Below are positions 37,849 through 48,875 of a DNA stretch of 64,000 nucleotides, piece by piece (the stretch's first letter is position 1; each line of letters begins with the position of its first letter). The notes below the pieces were generated by a model. It had not been told where the DNA came from. It worked only from the letters and a program-made list of their open reading frames with translations, and did not search any database. A program made the translations under genes and the position numbers. Source of the DNA: a virus; IMG/VR virus record IMGVR_UViG_3300021389_000012, positions 12,530 to 76,529 of that record; one strand, 5' to 3'.

Positions 37849-38630
37849 AAAAAGATAAAGAATACTTTAGTAACTTAACACAGGTAAAAAGATTTATTAC
37901 TGAATGTGAACAAAAAGAACACTATCAGGATTTAAAAATACCTGGCAATGAATATGACAATTGGAAAACTGATAAACGTATTGAAAATGAATATGCAAAA
38001 TGGATTATAAGACATAGCAATTGTCCTAGTTTACTTTTAAATATACCAGTACCTTATAAAGAAATGACTGCTGAAGCTGAACAGTTTCTTGATAGGTTTG
38101 TTAAACATAGAGGCGGTTGGAATCCAGGATGGAGCAGTATTGCAGTACATGGCCAATCAGCTGAAAGAACACAACCTGCAAATTATTATGTAGAAGAAGG
38201 CATTGATACTGAAGATAATATAGCACCCTATGATTGGACAGAAATTGCAAAAGATTGTCCAGTAACAGTAGAATGGCTAACGAATTCTTTTCCAATAAAA
38301 GAATTTCAAAGAGTTAGATTTATGTTATTAGAACCTGGCGGTTTTATTCAACCACATAGTGATTTTGATGAAAGAAGAATGGCAGCATTTAATATATCTT
38401 TAAGTAATCCAGACGGAGTGCATTTTGCACAGGAAGAAGCAGGACTAATACCATGGCAACCAGGCGAAGCTCGTGCTATTGATATTGGAAGACAGCATAG
38501 TGTATTGCATACAGGAACAGAAAATAGAATCCATATGATTGTTCATGGAAAATGGGCAGATAACTTTGAAAGGTGCATTTGCGAAAGTTTTGAGGCCCTT
38601 TTGATAAATATAGCCTTAAATAACAACTAA
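37836..38630 (+). CDS. Asp/Asn beta-hydroxylase-like 2OG-Fe(II) dioxygenase
   Basis: RVRFMLLEPGGFIQPHSD (HxD)...HSVLH...NRIHMIVH. Confidence 0.85.
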   Translation: MEQIKKDKEYFSNLTQVKRFITECEQKEHYQDLKIPGNEYDNWKTDKRIENEYAKWIIRHSNCPSLLLNIPVPYKEMTAEAEQFLDRFVKHRGGWNPGWSSIAVHGQSAERTQPANYYVEEGIDTEDNIAPYDWTEIAKDCPVTVEWLTNSFPIKEFQRVRFMLLEPGGFIQPHSDFDERRMAAFNISLSNPDGVHFAQEEAGLIPWQPGEARAIDIGRQHSVLHTGTENRIHMIVHGKWADNFERCICESFEALLINIALNNN

Positions 38631-38722
38631 GTTAACTCTGTAAACCCCCGATTTAAGCAAAATCAAATAAATACATGTATAGTAAATTTAGGCATTTAGC
38701 CTATTAGAAAAAGGAGCTTAAC

Positions 38723-41125
38723 ATGGCAAATCTTACTTCACCTGGCGTACAGGTTTCAGTAACAGACGAATCAGTATACGGCCCAGCAGGAGCCGGAACT
38801 GTTCCTATGTTATTTATTGCTACTGGTGAGGATAAGGCAGACCCTACCTCAACTGAAACAGATGGCATTGCAAAATACACAAAGTCTGCACAATCAAAAA
38901 AACCTATTCTAGTTACTTCACAAAGAGAACTTACACAGTACTTTGGAAACATTGATTTCCGTAAAGTAAGTGGTACAGTTCAACAAGGTGACGAAACTAA
39001 CGAATACGGACTTTTGGCAGCATATTCATTTTTAGGACAAGCTTCGGCGGCGTATGTAGTACGTGCTGATGTTAACCTAACAGAACTTAGACCAAGTTCA
39101 TCAGCACCAGGCGGTGCAGCAGCAAATAACACTTATTGGGTCAGTCCAACAGGTGCAAGCTGGGGTATTTTTGAAAGCGATGGTACATCGTGGACTGAAC
39201 AAACTCCAACAGTAGAAATTGTTAATTCAGGTGCACCTACAACTGTAACAACAACTGCAGGTGAATACTTAGTATTAATTACGAATGATACATCAAGTAC
39301 AACTATTAGTTACTTTAAAAGTAACGGTACGGCATGGGTGGCATTAGTAGATGGCGACACTACATTTGCTCCACATTATTCAGCACCATCTAGCCCATCG
39401 GCAGCTGATGTATGGATTAAAACAACTCAAGCAGGTGGTATAAAATTTGTACCAAGTTTGTACACAACAGCATCAGGTTCGTTTGTTGGACAAGCAATTG
39501 AATACGCTGGAGACACAGCACCAACTAATACTGCTGGTATATTTGCAGATGGATCTACATACTCAGCTAGAACGTTATTAGATGGCGATCTTTGGCTTGA
39601 TTTCACTGACGCAAGTTCAAGTATTGAACTTAAACGTTATGATGGATCATCATGGGCCAGTATTGGTTCAACAGGATCATATCCAGTATCAGTATCAACT
39701 ACAGAACCAACTGGTAATCCAGTAAATGGTCAACTTTGGTTTGATCCAGATGTAAACGAATTAGCAGTTTATGAAGTTAAATCAGACTCAGGAACACAAA
39801 AATGGGAACGTGCAGCAGACGTACAATACACTACAACTGCACCAACAACAGACACAGGCGGTAACGCACTAGTTGACGGTGACTATTGGGTTGATACAGA
39901 CGCAAGCGGTTATCCTGTAATTTACAGACATAACGGTACAGCATGGGCAGTAAAAGATGCTACAGATCAAAGCACAAGTGCAGGTGTTGTATTTGGCGAT
40001 ATTACAGCGTTAGACACAACTGCAGGTGGTTTTGAAGCAACTCTATTAGCAGGCGCTCCAGATCCATTAGTACACCCAGTTGGAATGACTGGTATTAATA
40101 TGTGTCGTTCAGCTAACACAGTTAGAGAATATGATACTTCATTAAACACACCTTGGAAATGGCGTAACAAAGCAAGCAATCAAGCAAGCGGCAAAGGTTC
40201 GTTTGGTAGATTAGCTCAGCGTAAAGTTGTTACAACAGCTATGCAGGCAGCAGCAGGCGGATCAGAACTACGTGAAGATACAGTAGCGTTCCGTTTAATT
40301 GCAGCTCCAGGTTATACAGAGTTATATGATGAAATGGTAACATTAAACGCAGACAGAGACGAAACAGCATTTATTATTGTTGACGCTCCATTCCGTTTAA
40401 ATGCAACCGAGGCAGTAGCTTGGAAACAAGGTACAACTGCTACAGAAAATGGCGAAGATGGATTAGTAACATCAAACACTTATAGTGCGGTTTATTATCC
40501 ACACGCATTAACAACTAACCCTTCTACAGGTGATAACGTTGTTGCTCCAGCATCACACATTGCATTATACACATATGCATACAGTGATAACGTGAGCTTT
40601 CAATGGTTTGCACCAGCAGGTTTAACACGTGGTGTTGTACAAAATGCAACTAACGTTGGTTACTTAAATTCAGAAGATGAGTTTGTTAAATTATCATTAA
40701 CTCAAGGTTCTAGAGATGCAATGTATGAGCAGAAGATGAATCCAATTGCAAAATTCCCTACAGAGGGTGTTGTAGTATTTGGACAGAAATCAATGCATGC
40801 AAGTGCTTCTGCATTAGATAGAGTTAACGTAGCAAGACTTACAGCTTATTTAAGAGAACGTTTTGCCGTAATAGCAAGACCTTTCTTGTTTGAGCCAAAT
40901 GATGCAAGTACTCGTTCAAATGCTAAAGCAACATTTGATGGGTTCTTATCAAACATTATGCAACAACGTGGTGTTTATGACTTTGCGGTAGTTTGTGATA
41001 CAACAAACAATACGCCTGCAAGAATTGATGCAAATGAATTTTATGTTGATGTAGCAATTGAGCCTACAAAATCAGCAGAATTTATTTATATTCCAATTAG
41101 AATCGTAAATACTGGCGAAATTTAA
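38723..41125 (+). CDS. tail sheath protein (gp18-like) with a large inserted domain
   Basis: LTSPGVQVSVTDES, WFAPAGLTRG, SALDRVNVARL and FLFEPND. Confidence 0.95.
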   Translation: MANLTSPGVQVSVTDESVYGPAGAGTVPMLFIATGEDKADPTSTETDGIAKYTKSAQSKKPILVTSQRELTQYFGNIDFRKVSGTVQQGDETNEYGLLAAYSFLGQASAAYVVRADVNLTELRPSSSAPGGAAANNTYWVSPTGASWGIFESDGTSWTEQTPTVEIVNSGAPTTVTTTAGEYLVLITNDTSSTTISYFKSNGTAWVALVDGDTTFAPHYSAPSSPSAADVWIKTTQAGGIKFVPSLYTTASGSFVGQAIEYAGDTAPTNTAGIFADGSTYSARTLLDGDLWLDFTDASSSIELKRYDGSSWASIGSTGSYPVSVSTTEPTGNPVNGQLWFDPDVNELAVYEVKSDSGTQKWERAADVQYTTTAPTTDTGGNALVDGDYWVDTDASGYPVIYRHNGTAWAVKDATDQSTSAGVVFGDITALDTTAGGFEATLLAGAPDPLVHPVGMTGINMCRSANTVREYDTSLNTPWKWRNKASNQASGKGSFGRLAQRKVVTTAMQAAAGGSELREDTVAFRLIAAPGYTELYDEMVTLNADRDETAFIIVDAPFRLNATEAVAWKQGTTATENGEDGLVTSNTYSAVYYPHALTTNPSTGDNVVAPASHIALYTYAYSDNVSFQWFAPAGLTRGVVQNATNVGYLNSEDEFVKLSLTQGSRDAMYEQKMNPIAKFPTEGVVVFGQKSMHASASALDRVNVARLTAYLRERFAVIARPFLFEPNDASTRSNAKATFDGFLSNIMQQRGVYDFAVVCDTTNNTPARIDANEFYVDVAIEPTKSAEFIYIPIRIVNTGEI

Positions 41126-41151
41126 GTTAAAAGTTTAATTTAATTAAAAAT

Positions 41152-41181
41152 AAGGGCTACTATAGAAATATAGTAGCCTTT
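41152..41181 (+). terminator. terminator-like hairpin
   Basis: AAGGGCTACTATA-GAAA-TATAGTAGCCTTT. Confidence 0.6.
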
Positions 41182-41277
41182 AATATGACAAATTTTAAAT
41201 ATTGTAATTTTTCAGCAATGATTTGATAAATACAATATAACAGAAATACTACAGTATTAGTATATAGGAGAAAACAA

Positions 41278-41877
41278 ATGGCTGTAATTACAAATTTTGG
41301 TGTACCAACTGATGCAACACCTGGTACAACATTGATGCCTAAACTACAATATAGATTTAGAGTATCATTTAACAATTTAGGTGTATCTGCAACTAGCGAT
41401 ACAACAACACAAAACGTTATTAGTGCTTCAAGACCTAATTTAACACATGAAGAAGTTGTCGTTGATTCATACAACTCAAAAATGTATCTAGCAGGTAAGC
41501 ATACTTGGGAACCAGTAACAGTAGTGTTACGTGATGATATGAATTCACATGTTATTAAAGAGCTAGGTGCACAATTAAACAAACAAGTTGATCATGCAGA
41601 TCAGCAAAGTGCTAAAGCAGGAAGTTCGTATAAATTTGAAACTATTATTGAAACATTAGATGGTGCTAACGGAACAACTAAACCAGAAACTTTTGATAAA
41701 TGGCAACTACAAGGTTGCTTTATTAGTAATATACAATATGGTGATTTAAATTATGCAGATTCAAGTATGGTTCAAGTTACACTAACAATACGTTATGATC
41801 ATGCAGAGCATACAGTAAATAGTGTTGATCTATTATCTGGAGCTGACATGAAAGACGGCTCAGGCGCTACACAATAG
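41278..41877 (+). CDS. tail tube protein (gp19-like)
   Basis: LMPKLQYRFRV, YLAGKHTW, WQLQGCF and VTLTIRYD; follows the sheath gene. Confidence 0.9.
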   Translation: MAVITNFGVPTDATPGTTLMPKLQYRFRVSFNNLGVSATSDTTTQNVISASRPNLTHEEVVVDSYNSKMYLAGKHTWEPVTVVLRDDMNSHVIKELGAQLNKQVDHADQQSAKAGSSYKFETIIETLDGANGTTKPETFDKWQLQGCFISNIQYGDLNYADSSMVQVTLTIRYDHAEHTVNSVDLLSGADMKDGSGATQ

Positions 41878-41897
41878 TAAATTAAGGACTAGTAACA

Positions 41898-42770
41898 ATG
41901 GCAATAGGCAATGACGCACATCTATTGTATGGTCAAACGCTACCGCATAGACCAGACCTTAAGATGACAGCGATACCAAGGAACAAGTATCTCTTCGCAG
42001 TTAGATTAACTATGCATGACGGTAGTAACCTTAATCTTACACGTATAGCTAATGTGTCAATGCCATCGTTTGTATATAGAACACAAACACTTAATAATTA
42101 TAATAATAAAAGCATAGTACAAACAGGAATAGATTATACTCCTATAACACTGACAGCATACGATACCAAAGATGCTGTATTTGAAAATTTCCTTAAGAAG
42201 TACGCTAATCATTATTTTACAGGACCAATGAACGATGATAGTTACGTAGAGTGGCTAAACAGTCCAAAAGGATTTGATTTAAAAACAACAAATCATTACA
42301 TTAAAATGATGACTATTACTAGACTTGATACTAGTGAACAAGAAAATGTAATTGAAATATTTCATCCATTTATACAAAATGCAGATGCTGATACGCTAGA
42401 TTATTCAGATAGTAGCCCTACTACTTTTAGAGTAACACTTGCATACGAAGGTTATAGAATTAAAACTCCTACAAACGATACTTCATCGGAAACGCTAAAA
42501 GCAGTTGCTGATAGACATCCAGACATTTCAAATGCTGTTATAGAAGGAAGCAATACAGTAGACCCAGGTTTATTGAAAGCTCTAGAAGATGCACCAAATG
42601 AAGTTGATCCAGCATTATTAAGAGCTCTCGACGAAGTAAACACTGAATCAGCTCAAACCCAGGCTAAACAACTAGAAAAATTTAAAGAAGCTGAAATTGA
42701 TCACGAAGCATTTGCTAGAGCGTTAGCTGATAACCCTGCTCTTGTTGCCGATATGAAAAACAGATTTTAA
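41898..42770 (+). CDS. tube-fold baseplate-tube junction protein (gp48/gp54-like)
   Basis: VSMPSF...QTGIDYTPITLT...DTLDYSDS..FRVTLAYE. Confidence 0.65.
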   Translation: MAIGNDAHLLYGQTLPHRPDLKMTAIPRNKYLFAVRLTMHDGSNLNLTRIANVSMPSFVYRTQTLNNYNNKSIVQTGIDYTPITLTAYDTKDAVFENFLKKYANHYFTGPMNDDSYVEWLNSPKGFDLKTTNHYIKMMTITRLDTSEQENVIEIFHPFIQNADADTLDYSDSSPTTFRVTLAYEGYRIKTPTNDTSSETLKAVADRHPDISNAVIEGSNTVDPGLLKALEDAPNEVDPALLRALDEVNTESAQTQAKQLEKFKEAEIDHEAFARALADNPALVADMKNRF

Positions 42771-42788
42771 ATATATGGAGTAACACTA

Positions 42789-43235
42789 ATGCCGAAATTC
42801 CAAAATGGAAAATTCGTACCTTCTAACCCAGATAAATACTTAGGTAAAAGAACACCACATTACAGAAGTGGATGGGAATTAGCAGTATTTCGTATGTGTG
42901 ATAATCACCCAGCAATACTAGGTTGGGGCAGCGAAACACACAGAATCCCATATAAAAACCCACTTACTGGAAAAATGAGTACTTATGTACCTGACTTGTT
43001 ATTAGTATACAAAGACAAGAAAGGACAAAATCATGCTGAGATGGTTGAGATTAAACCAGCTAGTCAGACATTGAGCGAAGCAAGAACACAAGCTCAAAAG
43101 GCAGCAGCAGTGGTTAATCACTCAAAATGGGCAGCCGCACATGCCTGGTGTAAACAACAAGGAATGGCGTTTAGGGTTATTACCGAACATCAAATTTTTA
43201 ATAAACCTCAAAACTCTAAAAAGAAAAGAAAATGA
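42789..43235 (+). CDS. head completion nuclease (T4 gp4 / TnsA-like)
   Basis: NPDKYLG, YRSGWE, YVPD, VEIKP, KWAAA..WC and FRVITE. Confidence 0.9.
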   Translation: MPKFQNGKFVPSNPDKYLGKRTPHYRSGWELAVFRMCDNHPAILGWGSETHRIPYKNPLTGKMSTYVPDLLLVYKDKKGQNHAEMVEIKPASQTLSEARTQAQKAAAVVNHSKWAAAHAWCKQQGMAFRVITEHQIFNKPQNSKKKRK

Positions 43236-43768
43236 CAAAAAAATTAGAAGAAGAATTAAATTTACCAGATTTAGATGAATTACTTCCTGATGAAACAGAA
43301 CAGGAAGCGCCTACTACTGAAGAACTTAAAACAGAAATAGCAAACATTGAAGGCGAAATGAGTATGGTAGAACGTGCCAACATTGCATTGCCTACAGTTG
43401 AAGGTTTAGAACAGTTAGATAGAGAAATGGACGAATATGCAAAGAAGGCCATGGAAACATTTGAAGATTTAGTAGATCTTGGTAAAAATGTAGAAGATAG
43501 ACATGCTGCTCCTATATTTGATAGTGCAAGCAAAATGATATCAGCAGCTCTACAGGCAAAACAAGCCAAAATGGACAAGAAAATGAAAATGATTGAGTTA
43601 CAAATGCGTCAAGCTAGACTTGAAAAAGACAGTGAGAAGATAGATGCGTATGTAGCCGGTAAAAAACACGAATTGGGCGAAGAAGAAGAGACAGAAGGGC
43701 GTATAGTTGGTGATAGAACTGCTATGCTTGCCGAAATAATGAAAAACTTGCCTGAAAAAGATAAATAG
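43232..43768 (+). CDS. probable terminase small subunit
   Basis: Helical 178 aa protein after the gp4-like gene; DLVDLGKNVE and DRTAML. Call based on position and size. Confidence 0.5.
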   Translation: MTKKLEEELNLPDLDELLPDETEQEAPTTEELKTEIANIEGEMSMVERANIALPTVEGLEQLDREMDEYAKKAMETFEDLVDLGKNVEDRHAAPIFDSASKMISAALQAKQAKMDKKMKMIELQMRQARLEKDSEKIDAYVAGKKHELGEEEETEGRIVGDRTAMLAEIMKNLPEKDK

Positions 43769-43789
43769 TATTAATAGGAGATAACCGCA

Positions 43790-44284
43790 ATGAAAAAACT
43801 ATTTTCACAATACTTAAACGAATCAAAAAAATCGTGGAAGTTTAGTATTAAAACAATACACGATTTAACTGATGATCAATGTGATCGCATAGAGAAGCAC
43901 CTCGGAAAATACGACTCTAAAGGACTCGGTGCTGCAAAGAAAACAATACTACAAAGTGCACCACGTGATTTTCCAAATCATAAAGGATACGAAGTTTTTA
44001 TACATGAATTTGAATGTGATAGAATTGCTAGCGGTTGGCAAGTACAAAATGACATTCGTAATATGCTTGGTTTAGCAGACGGCGTACTTAAAGTAATAGG
44101 CGAACATGAACCAGATGATTTAATTCCACCTATGAGCGAACGTGTTGAAAGCGTTCTAGCTGATAAAGATTACAAAGATGCAGAAAAAGTAAATGCATCA
44201 GATCATTACGGTGACGAGTATAACTCCAGTTTCATTAAAGAATTAATGAAAGTAAAAAAAGAAAAGGAAAAAGGCAATGAGTGA
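43790..44284 (+). CDS. head-associated protein
   Basis: MKKLFSQYLNE (LxE processing-type N-terminus); late promoter at 43761. Confidence 0.6.
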   Translation: MKKLFSQYLNESKKSWKFSIKTIHDLTDDQCDRIEKHLGKYDSKGLGAAKKTILQSAPRDFPNHKGYEVFIHEFECDRIASGWQVQNDIRNMLGLADGVLKVIGEHEPDDLIPPMSERVESVLADKDYKDAEKVNASDHYGDEYNSSFIKELMKVKKEKEKGNE

Positions 44285-45845
44285 TTTAGACAGAATATTA
44301 AAACTTGCTAGCCACGGCACAGCAGATGCTCAAAGCCAGGCTCCAGCAGAAAGAGAATTAAAAGAAGCACCAGGTAGAGAATTAAAACCACATGCCAAAT
44401 TGGCATTAGAAGATTGGTGTAAAAGATGGTCCAAGTACAAAGGAATGAATGGTGATCCATTACCAATGGGAATGGTACTAGCTAAAGTAGATGCAGGTAT
44501 TACAACAGACGGAATTGAAGCAGGCGAAGCCGATAAAGCAATGGAAATTATATATCCAGGCAAAGGCGCTGAAATGAAAAGCGACATGAACGACGGTGAT
44601 TCTCATGCACATGATGTTGATTGGGGTGATTATGAAATTCAAAAGCACTTGCCAATTACAAATAAAATGCAAGATGAATTTATAGCTATTATGGGCAACG
44701 ATGACGAATCAACAATGCAAGGTGTTTATGATATTGTTAAAAATGCATGTATGGAAACAACACAAGAAGCAGTTGGTGAATTTGCAGATCCAATTTTAGA
44801 TTTATGTGATGAATTAGAATGTGATTCAGATCATCCAGTACTTGGCGAATTAATTCGTTATTTAGATGGCGATACAATTAAAGATTTTGTAGCAGACTTC
44901 CGTAGACACAACGATATGAATGGTGACATGGATGAAGCACAGCAATTAAACGCATCAGACTATCATTGTAGTGACTGTGGTGACACAATGCATAAACCAA
45001 CTACAGATTGTTCAAATGATCCACATGATGAAACAGGTAGTTGGTGGGTTGACAAAGACGGCAATGGTGTTCCAGATTCATTAGAAGAAGCTCCAAATGA
45101 AGGCAATGAATTCTCAGGCGAATTAGCAAAAGCTAAAGCATCTGGTAAAAAAGAATTTGAAGTTGACGGCAAAAAATACAAAGTAGAATCTGAAGAAGCA
45201 GTAACTGAAGGCGATGTTCCTGAATATGCATGTATTAACACTGAAACAGGTGCTTTTGGATATTGTGACAAAGACGAACTTCACAACTTTACACACATGA
45301 TGCCATCAAGTGAATTTACATATTTTGAACCACAAGATAATAACTTCCAAGGCATGGATGACGAAATGGCTGACCAAGAAGGTTGGACAAAAATTGCATC
45401 AATGGAATCTGATACGAACAGATTAAAAGAACTATCTGGAATTAGAGAAGCACAAAGTCAAGCACAAAAAGACGCATTTGCAAAAATGTTAGCTTCTAAA
45501 AAAGGTGCTAAAAAAGATGACAAAGCTGATGAAGTTGAAGAAACTAACAAAGAAGAATTAGAGGAGTCTCCAACTATGGATACAACACAATTAATTAACT
45601 TAATGAAAAATTCAGGTTTAAGCGAAGAGAAAATTAAAACAAAATTAGACGAATGGGCAAACACACCAGCCGGTGCAGCAGAAGAAGAAGCTACATCACA
45701 TGGTGAACCATACGAAAACTTTGCACAAAGCGTTAACCTAAGTTTAAAAAGATATTTAGATGCAGAAGATATGAAAGTAGGCTTAAAAGAACATAAAGTT
45801 GAAGATATCAAAGAAGCATATAAGAAATCTAAAGGGGAAAAGTAA
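44277..45845 (+). CDS. acidic modular internal head protein
   Basis: D/E-rich with many (L/I/V)xE sites, an RLKELSGI module and a CSDC module. Confidence 0.6.
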   Translation: MSDLDRILKLASHGTADAQSQAPAERELKEAPGRELKPHAKLALEDWCKRWSKYKGMNGDPLPMGMVLAKVDAGITTDGIEAGEADKAMEIIYPGKGAEMKSDMNDGDSHAHDVDWGDYEIQKHLPITNKMQDEFIAIMGNDDESTMQGVYDIVKNACMETTQEAVGEFADPILDLCDELECDSDHPVLGELIRYLDGDTIKDFVADFRRHNDMNGDMDEAQQLNASDYHCSDCGDTMHKPTTDCSNDPHDETGSWWVDKDGNGVPDSLEEAPNEGNEFSGELAKAKASGKKEFEVDGKKYKVESEEAVTEGDVPEYACINTETGAFGYCDKDELHNFTHMMPSSEFTYFEPQDNNFQGMDDEMADQEGWTKIASMESDTNRLKELSGIREAQSQAQKDAFAKMLASKKGAKKDDKADEVEETNKEELEESPTMDTTQLINLMKNSGLSEEKIKTKLDEWANTPAGAAEEEATSHGEPYENFAQSVNLSLKRYLDAEDMKVGLKEHKVEDIKEAYKKSKGEK

Positions 45846-46525
45846 TGCATAACGAAGAAATACGCAGATTAAAAGAACTTTCAGGTATTAAAGAAGAAGC
45901 TAAAAGTTCAGAAGTCTTCCAAATAATGAAAAAATCATTATTAAGACACAAGTGGTATCTTGAGAATGAAGAAATGGATCCAAACATGGTTTCATCAGAA
46001 TTACGTGATGTTAACAATATGATTGACGCTGTTGATCAGGGCGAACATGAACCTTATTTTGATACAGCAGTAAACGATGATTACAGATATTTAATGAAAA
46101 ACGTTGTTGACAAGTTAAAAGGCGAAAAGACTTCTATATATGGAGTAGACAATGACGTTCTGTCACCAAATGCAAAACCTAATCCAAATTCAGCATATAA
46201 TTCAGGTGAAGTAGAAAAAGCTGATGCTGAGGAAGACGCTTTAAATCCTACTGAATCAGAATTACGCAGATTAAAAGAACTATCTGGAATTAAAGAAGCT
46301 CCAATCAAAGAGAATTTTGTAGACGATATGCCTTATGGATTACTTGATGGTATGACATTCACAGATGGCGATGCAGACTATGATTATAGAGGTGCTCCAA
46401 TGAATAATGGTGAAGTTGATTGGCCAGAAATTAACGAGTGGCATTTAGATGCAGATGGCAATGTAAAGCCAGAAGCAACAATAAAACCAGAAGATTTTGA
46501 AGTAAGCGATCTTGTTCCATTTTAA
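45845..46525 (+). CDS. acidic internal head protein
   Basis: Contains two RRLKELSGIKE modules. Confidence 0.6.
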   Translation: MHNEEIRRLKELSGIKEEAKSSEVFQIMKKSLLRHKWYLENEEMDPNMVSSELRDVNNMIDAVDQGEHEPYFDTAVNDDYRYLMKNVVDKLKGEKTSIYGVDNDVLSPNAKPNPNSAYNSGEVEKADAEEDALNPTESELRRLKELSGIKEAPIKENFVDDMPYGLLDGMTFTDGDADYDYRGAPMNNGEVDWPEINEWHLDADGNVKPEATIKPEDFEVSDLVPF

Positions 46526-46564
46526 AAAATTTAAAAAGTTCACGTTTCCTCCCAGGTGAAAATT

Positions 46565-46609
46565 AAAGCGGTGTAGTTAATTAACTACGCCGTTTTTTCT
46601 TTATAAATA
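46565..46609 (+). terminator. terminator followed by TATAAATA late promoter
   Basis: GCGGTGTAGTT-AATT-AACTACGCCGTTTTTT; TATAAATA at 46602-46609. Confidence 0.75.
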
Positions 46610-46614
46610 GTAAT

Positions 46615-47307
46615 ATGAAAAGACCTATTGAAACATATACAGATAGTTTTGGTCAAACTATACATTTTACTGTACCAGAACCACATAAACAGATTTGCAT
46701 TAACATCTCAGGTGGAGCCGATAGTGCTATACTGTTATGGATGTTAATACAATACTGTGAAAAACATATACCAGATGCTGAACTACATGTTATAACATCA
46801 GCTAATCCTATTAAGGGCTGGTACAATGCTAAATGGAGTACTAGTGTACTCGATAAAGTACTCCATCTCACAGGAACTAAATTAATTAAAAGCCATTATA
46901 CATTTTATAGTACAGATCAAATTAGATCAGAACTAGATGAGGTAGAAAAAATGCAACAAGATTTACATGGAATAACATTTACTTTACATGGAACTACACA
47001 AAATCCTCCAATGGAAATAGTTGAATTATTAGAAGGTCGTTATGAACCACGTGATGCAGGACATGGTAGAATGATAATTAGAGAATATGTACCAGGAATA
47101 ACACGTTGGACACCATTAATGGAAGTAGATAAACGTATGGTAGCATATTTGTATAAACATTTTGATATGATGGAAATTTTATTTCCATATACTAGAAGTT
47201 GTGAACAAGAGGCACGACACAACAAAGATGAACCAGACTGGATGATAACACACTGTGGCGAATGCTGGTGGTGTAAAGAACGTCACTGGGCATTTGGGAG
47301 ACACTAA
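46615..47307 (+). CDS. QueC-like PP-loop adenine-nucleotide alpha-hydrolase
   Basis: ISGGADSA PP-loop and TRSC...HCGECWWCKER Zn site. Confidence 0.75.
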   Translation: MKRPIETYTDSFGQTIHFTVPEPHKQICINISGGADSAILLWMLIQYCEKHIPDAELHVITSANPIKGWYNAKWSTSVLDKVLHLTGTKLIKSHYTFYSTDQIRSELDEVEKMQQDLHGITFTLHGTTQNPPMEIVELLEGRYEPRDAGHGRMIIREYVPGITRWTPLMEVDKRMVAYLYKHFDMMEILFPYTRSCEQEARHNKDEPDWMITHCGECWWCKERHWAFGRH

Positions 47308-48863
47308 TGGCAGTAGATACAAAATTAACTAAAACCCCATATAGAAAAGAAAAATATACAGAAGAGCAGTTATTAGAACTTGCTTTATGTACACAAGACC
47401 CTAAACACTTTATGAAGGAACACTGTTTTATTCAGCATCCTACACAAGGTCGTATGAAATTTGCATTATATGATTTCCAAGAAGAACTAGTAGATGTATA
47501 TCACAATAATAGATACAGTATTAGTATGCTTGCACGACAAACAGGTAAAAGTACTTGTGCGGCAGGATACTTGTTATGGTATGCAATGTTTAATCCAGAC
47601 CAAACTATTCTTATAGCGGCACACAAGTATAGTGGTGCTAGTGAAATTATGCAACGTATACGTTTTGCGTACGAAACATTACCGGATTATATAAGAGCTG
47701 GTGTTACTGCATATAACAAAGGATCGTTGGAATTTGATAACGGTTCACGTATTGTAGCACAGTCAACAACAGAAAATACTGGACGTGGTTTGAGTATATC
47801 ATTAGCATACTTAGACGAGTTTGCATTTGTGCGTCCAAACATAGCTAAAGAATTTTGGACTTCACTGTCCCCTACACTAGCAACAGGTGGTAAGTGTATT
47901 ATTACATCAACACCAAATATGGACGATGACCAATTTGCACAAATTTGGAGAGATGCACAAAAGAATCAAGACGAATTTGGTAATGCAACAAACGAGGGTA
48001 TTAATGGATTTGCACATTATCTTGCTACATGGGAAGTACACCCAGACAGAGATCAAGAATGGGCAGATATAGAACAAGGTAAAATTGGTGAAGAACGATT
48101 TAGACGTGAACACAAATGTGAGTTTATTGCATTTGATGAAACACTAATTGATAGTATTAAACTTAGTAATATGGAAGCACGTGATCCATACGCTATATCA
48201 GGACAAGTACGCTGGTATGCACCAGTTGCCAAGGGCAAATTATATATGATAGCATTAGATCCTAGTTTAGGTACAGGAGGAGACAATAGTGCTATACAAG
48301 TGTATAGTATGCCAGGAATGAAACAAGTAGCAGAATGGATGCACAATAGAACAACAGTTCAAGGGCAGATAAAAATTTTGCGAGAAATAGCACAGTTTAT
48401 AGAAAGCGAAACAAATGGTGATTGTGAAATATATTACAGTATGGAAAACAATACATTAGGTGAAGCAGCACTAGTTGTTGTAGAAGAAACAGGCGAAGAA
48501 AACTTTCCAGGTACATTTTTAAGTGAAACAAGACAACATGGTAATGCTAAACGTTATAGACGAGGCTTTACAACTACACACAAAAGTAAAATTAGTGCAT
48601 GTAGTAAACTAAAATACTGGGTAGAAACAGAGAAACTAGAAATAGCAAGTAAGCCATTGCTAAGAGAATTAAAAACATTTATTGCACGTGGTAATAGTTA
48701 TGCAGCCAAAGACGGCGAACACGATGACCTTGTAATGGCAGTCAATTTAATAGTGCGTATGAGTTTAGAAGTATCTAAGTATGAAGAAGACGCTTTTGAC
48801 TATTTAAACGATGATTTTGAAGATGGTGATGGCATGGAGCCAATGCCGTTTAGTCTAATATAA
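47307..48863 (+). CDS. terminase large subunit (T4 gp17-like)
   Basis: ARQTGKST, YLDEFAF, ITSTPN, ALDPSLGTGGD and HDDLVMA. Confidence 0.97.
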   Translation: MAVDTKLTKTPYRKEKYTEEQLLELALCTQDPKHFMKEHCFIQHPTQGRMKFALYDFQEELVDVYHNNRYSISMLARQTGKSTCAAGYLLWYAMFNPDQTILIAAHKYSGASEIMQRIRFAYETLPDYIRAGVTAYNKGSLEFDNGSRIVAQSTTENTGRGLSISLAYLDEFAFVRPNIAKEFWTSLSPTLATGGKCIITSTPNMDDDQFAQIWRDAQKNQDEFGNATNEGINGFAHYLATWEVHPDRDQEWADIEQGKIGEERFRREHKCEFIAFDETLIDSIKLSNMEARDPYAISGQVRWYAPVAKGKLYMIALDPSLGTGGDNSAIQVYSMPGMKQVAEWMHNRTTVQGQIKILREIAQFIESETNGDCEIYYSMENNTLGEAALVVVEETGEENFPGTFLSETRQHGNAKRYRRGFTTTHKSKISACSKLKYWVETEKLEIASKPLLRELKTFIARGNSYAAKDGEHDDLVMAVNLIVRMSLEVSKYEEDAFDYLNDDFEDGDGMEPMPFSLI

Positions 48864-48875
48864 GAGAAAAATAAA

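Noticed and set aside
42789-43235. Tn7 TnsA transposase / mobile element
   Set aside because: This fold is the T4 gp4 head-completion nuclease in its normal context; no transposon ends or partner genes.
46615-47307. Calling this queC of a 7-deazaguanine DNA modification cluster
   Set aside because: Only the PP-loop and Zn motifs match, and the partner genes are not in the window. Gene symbol withheld.
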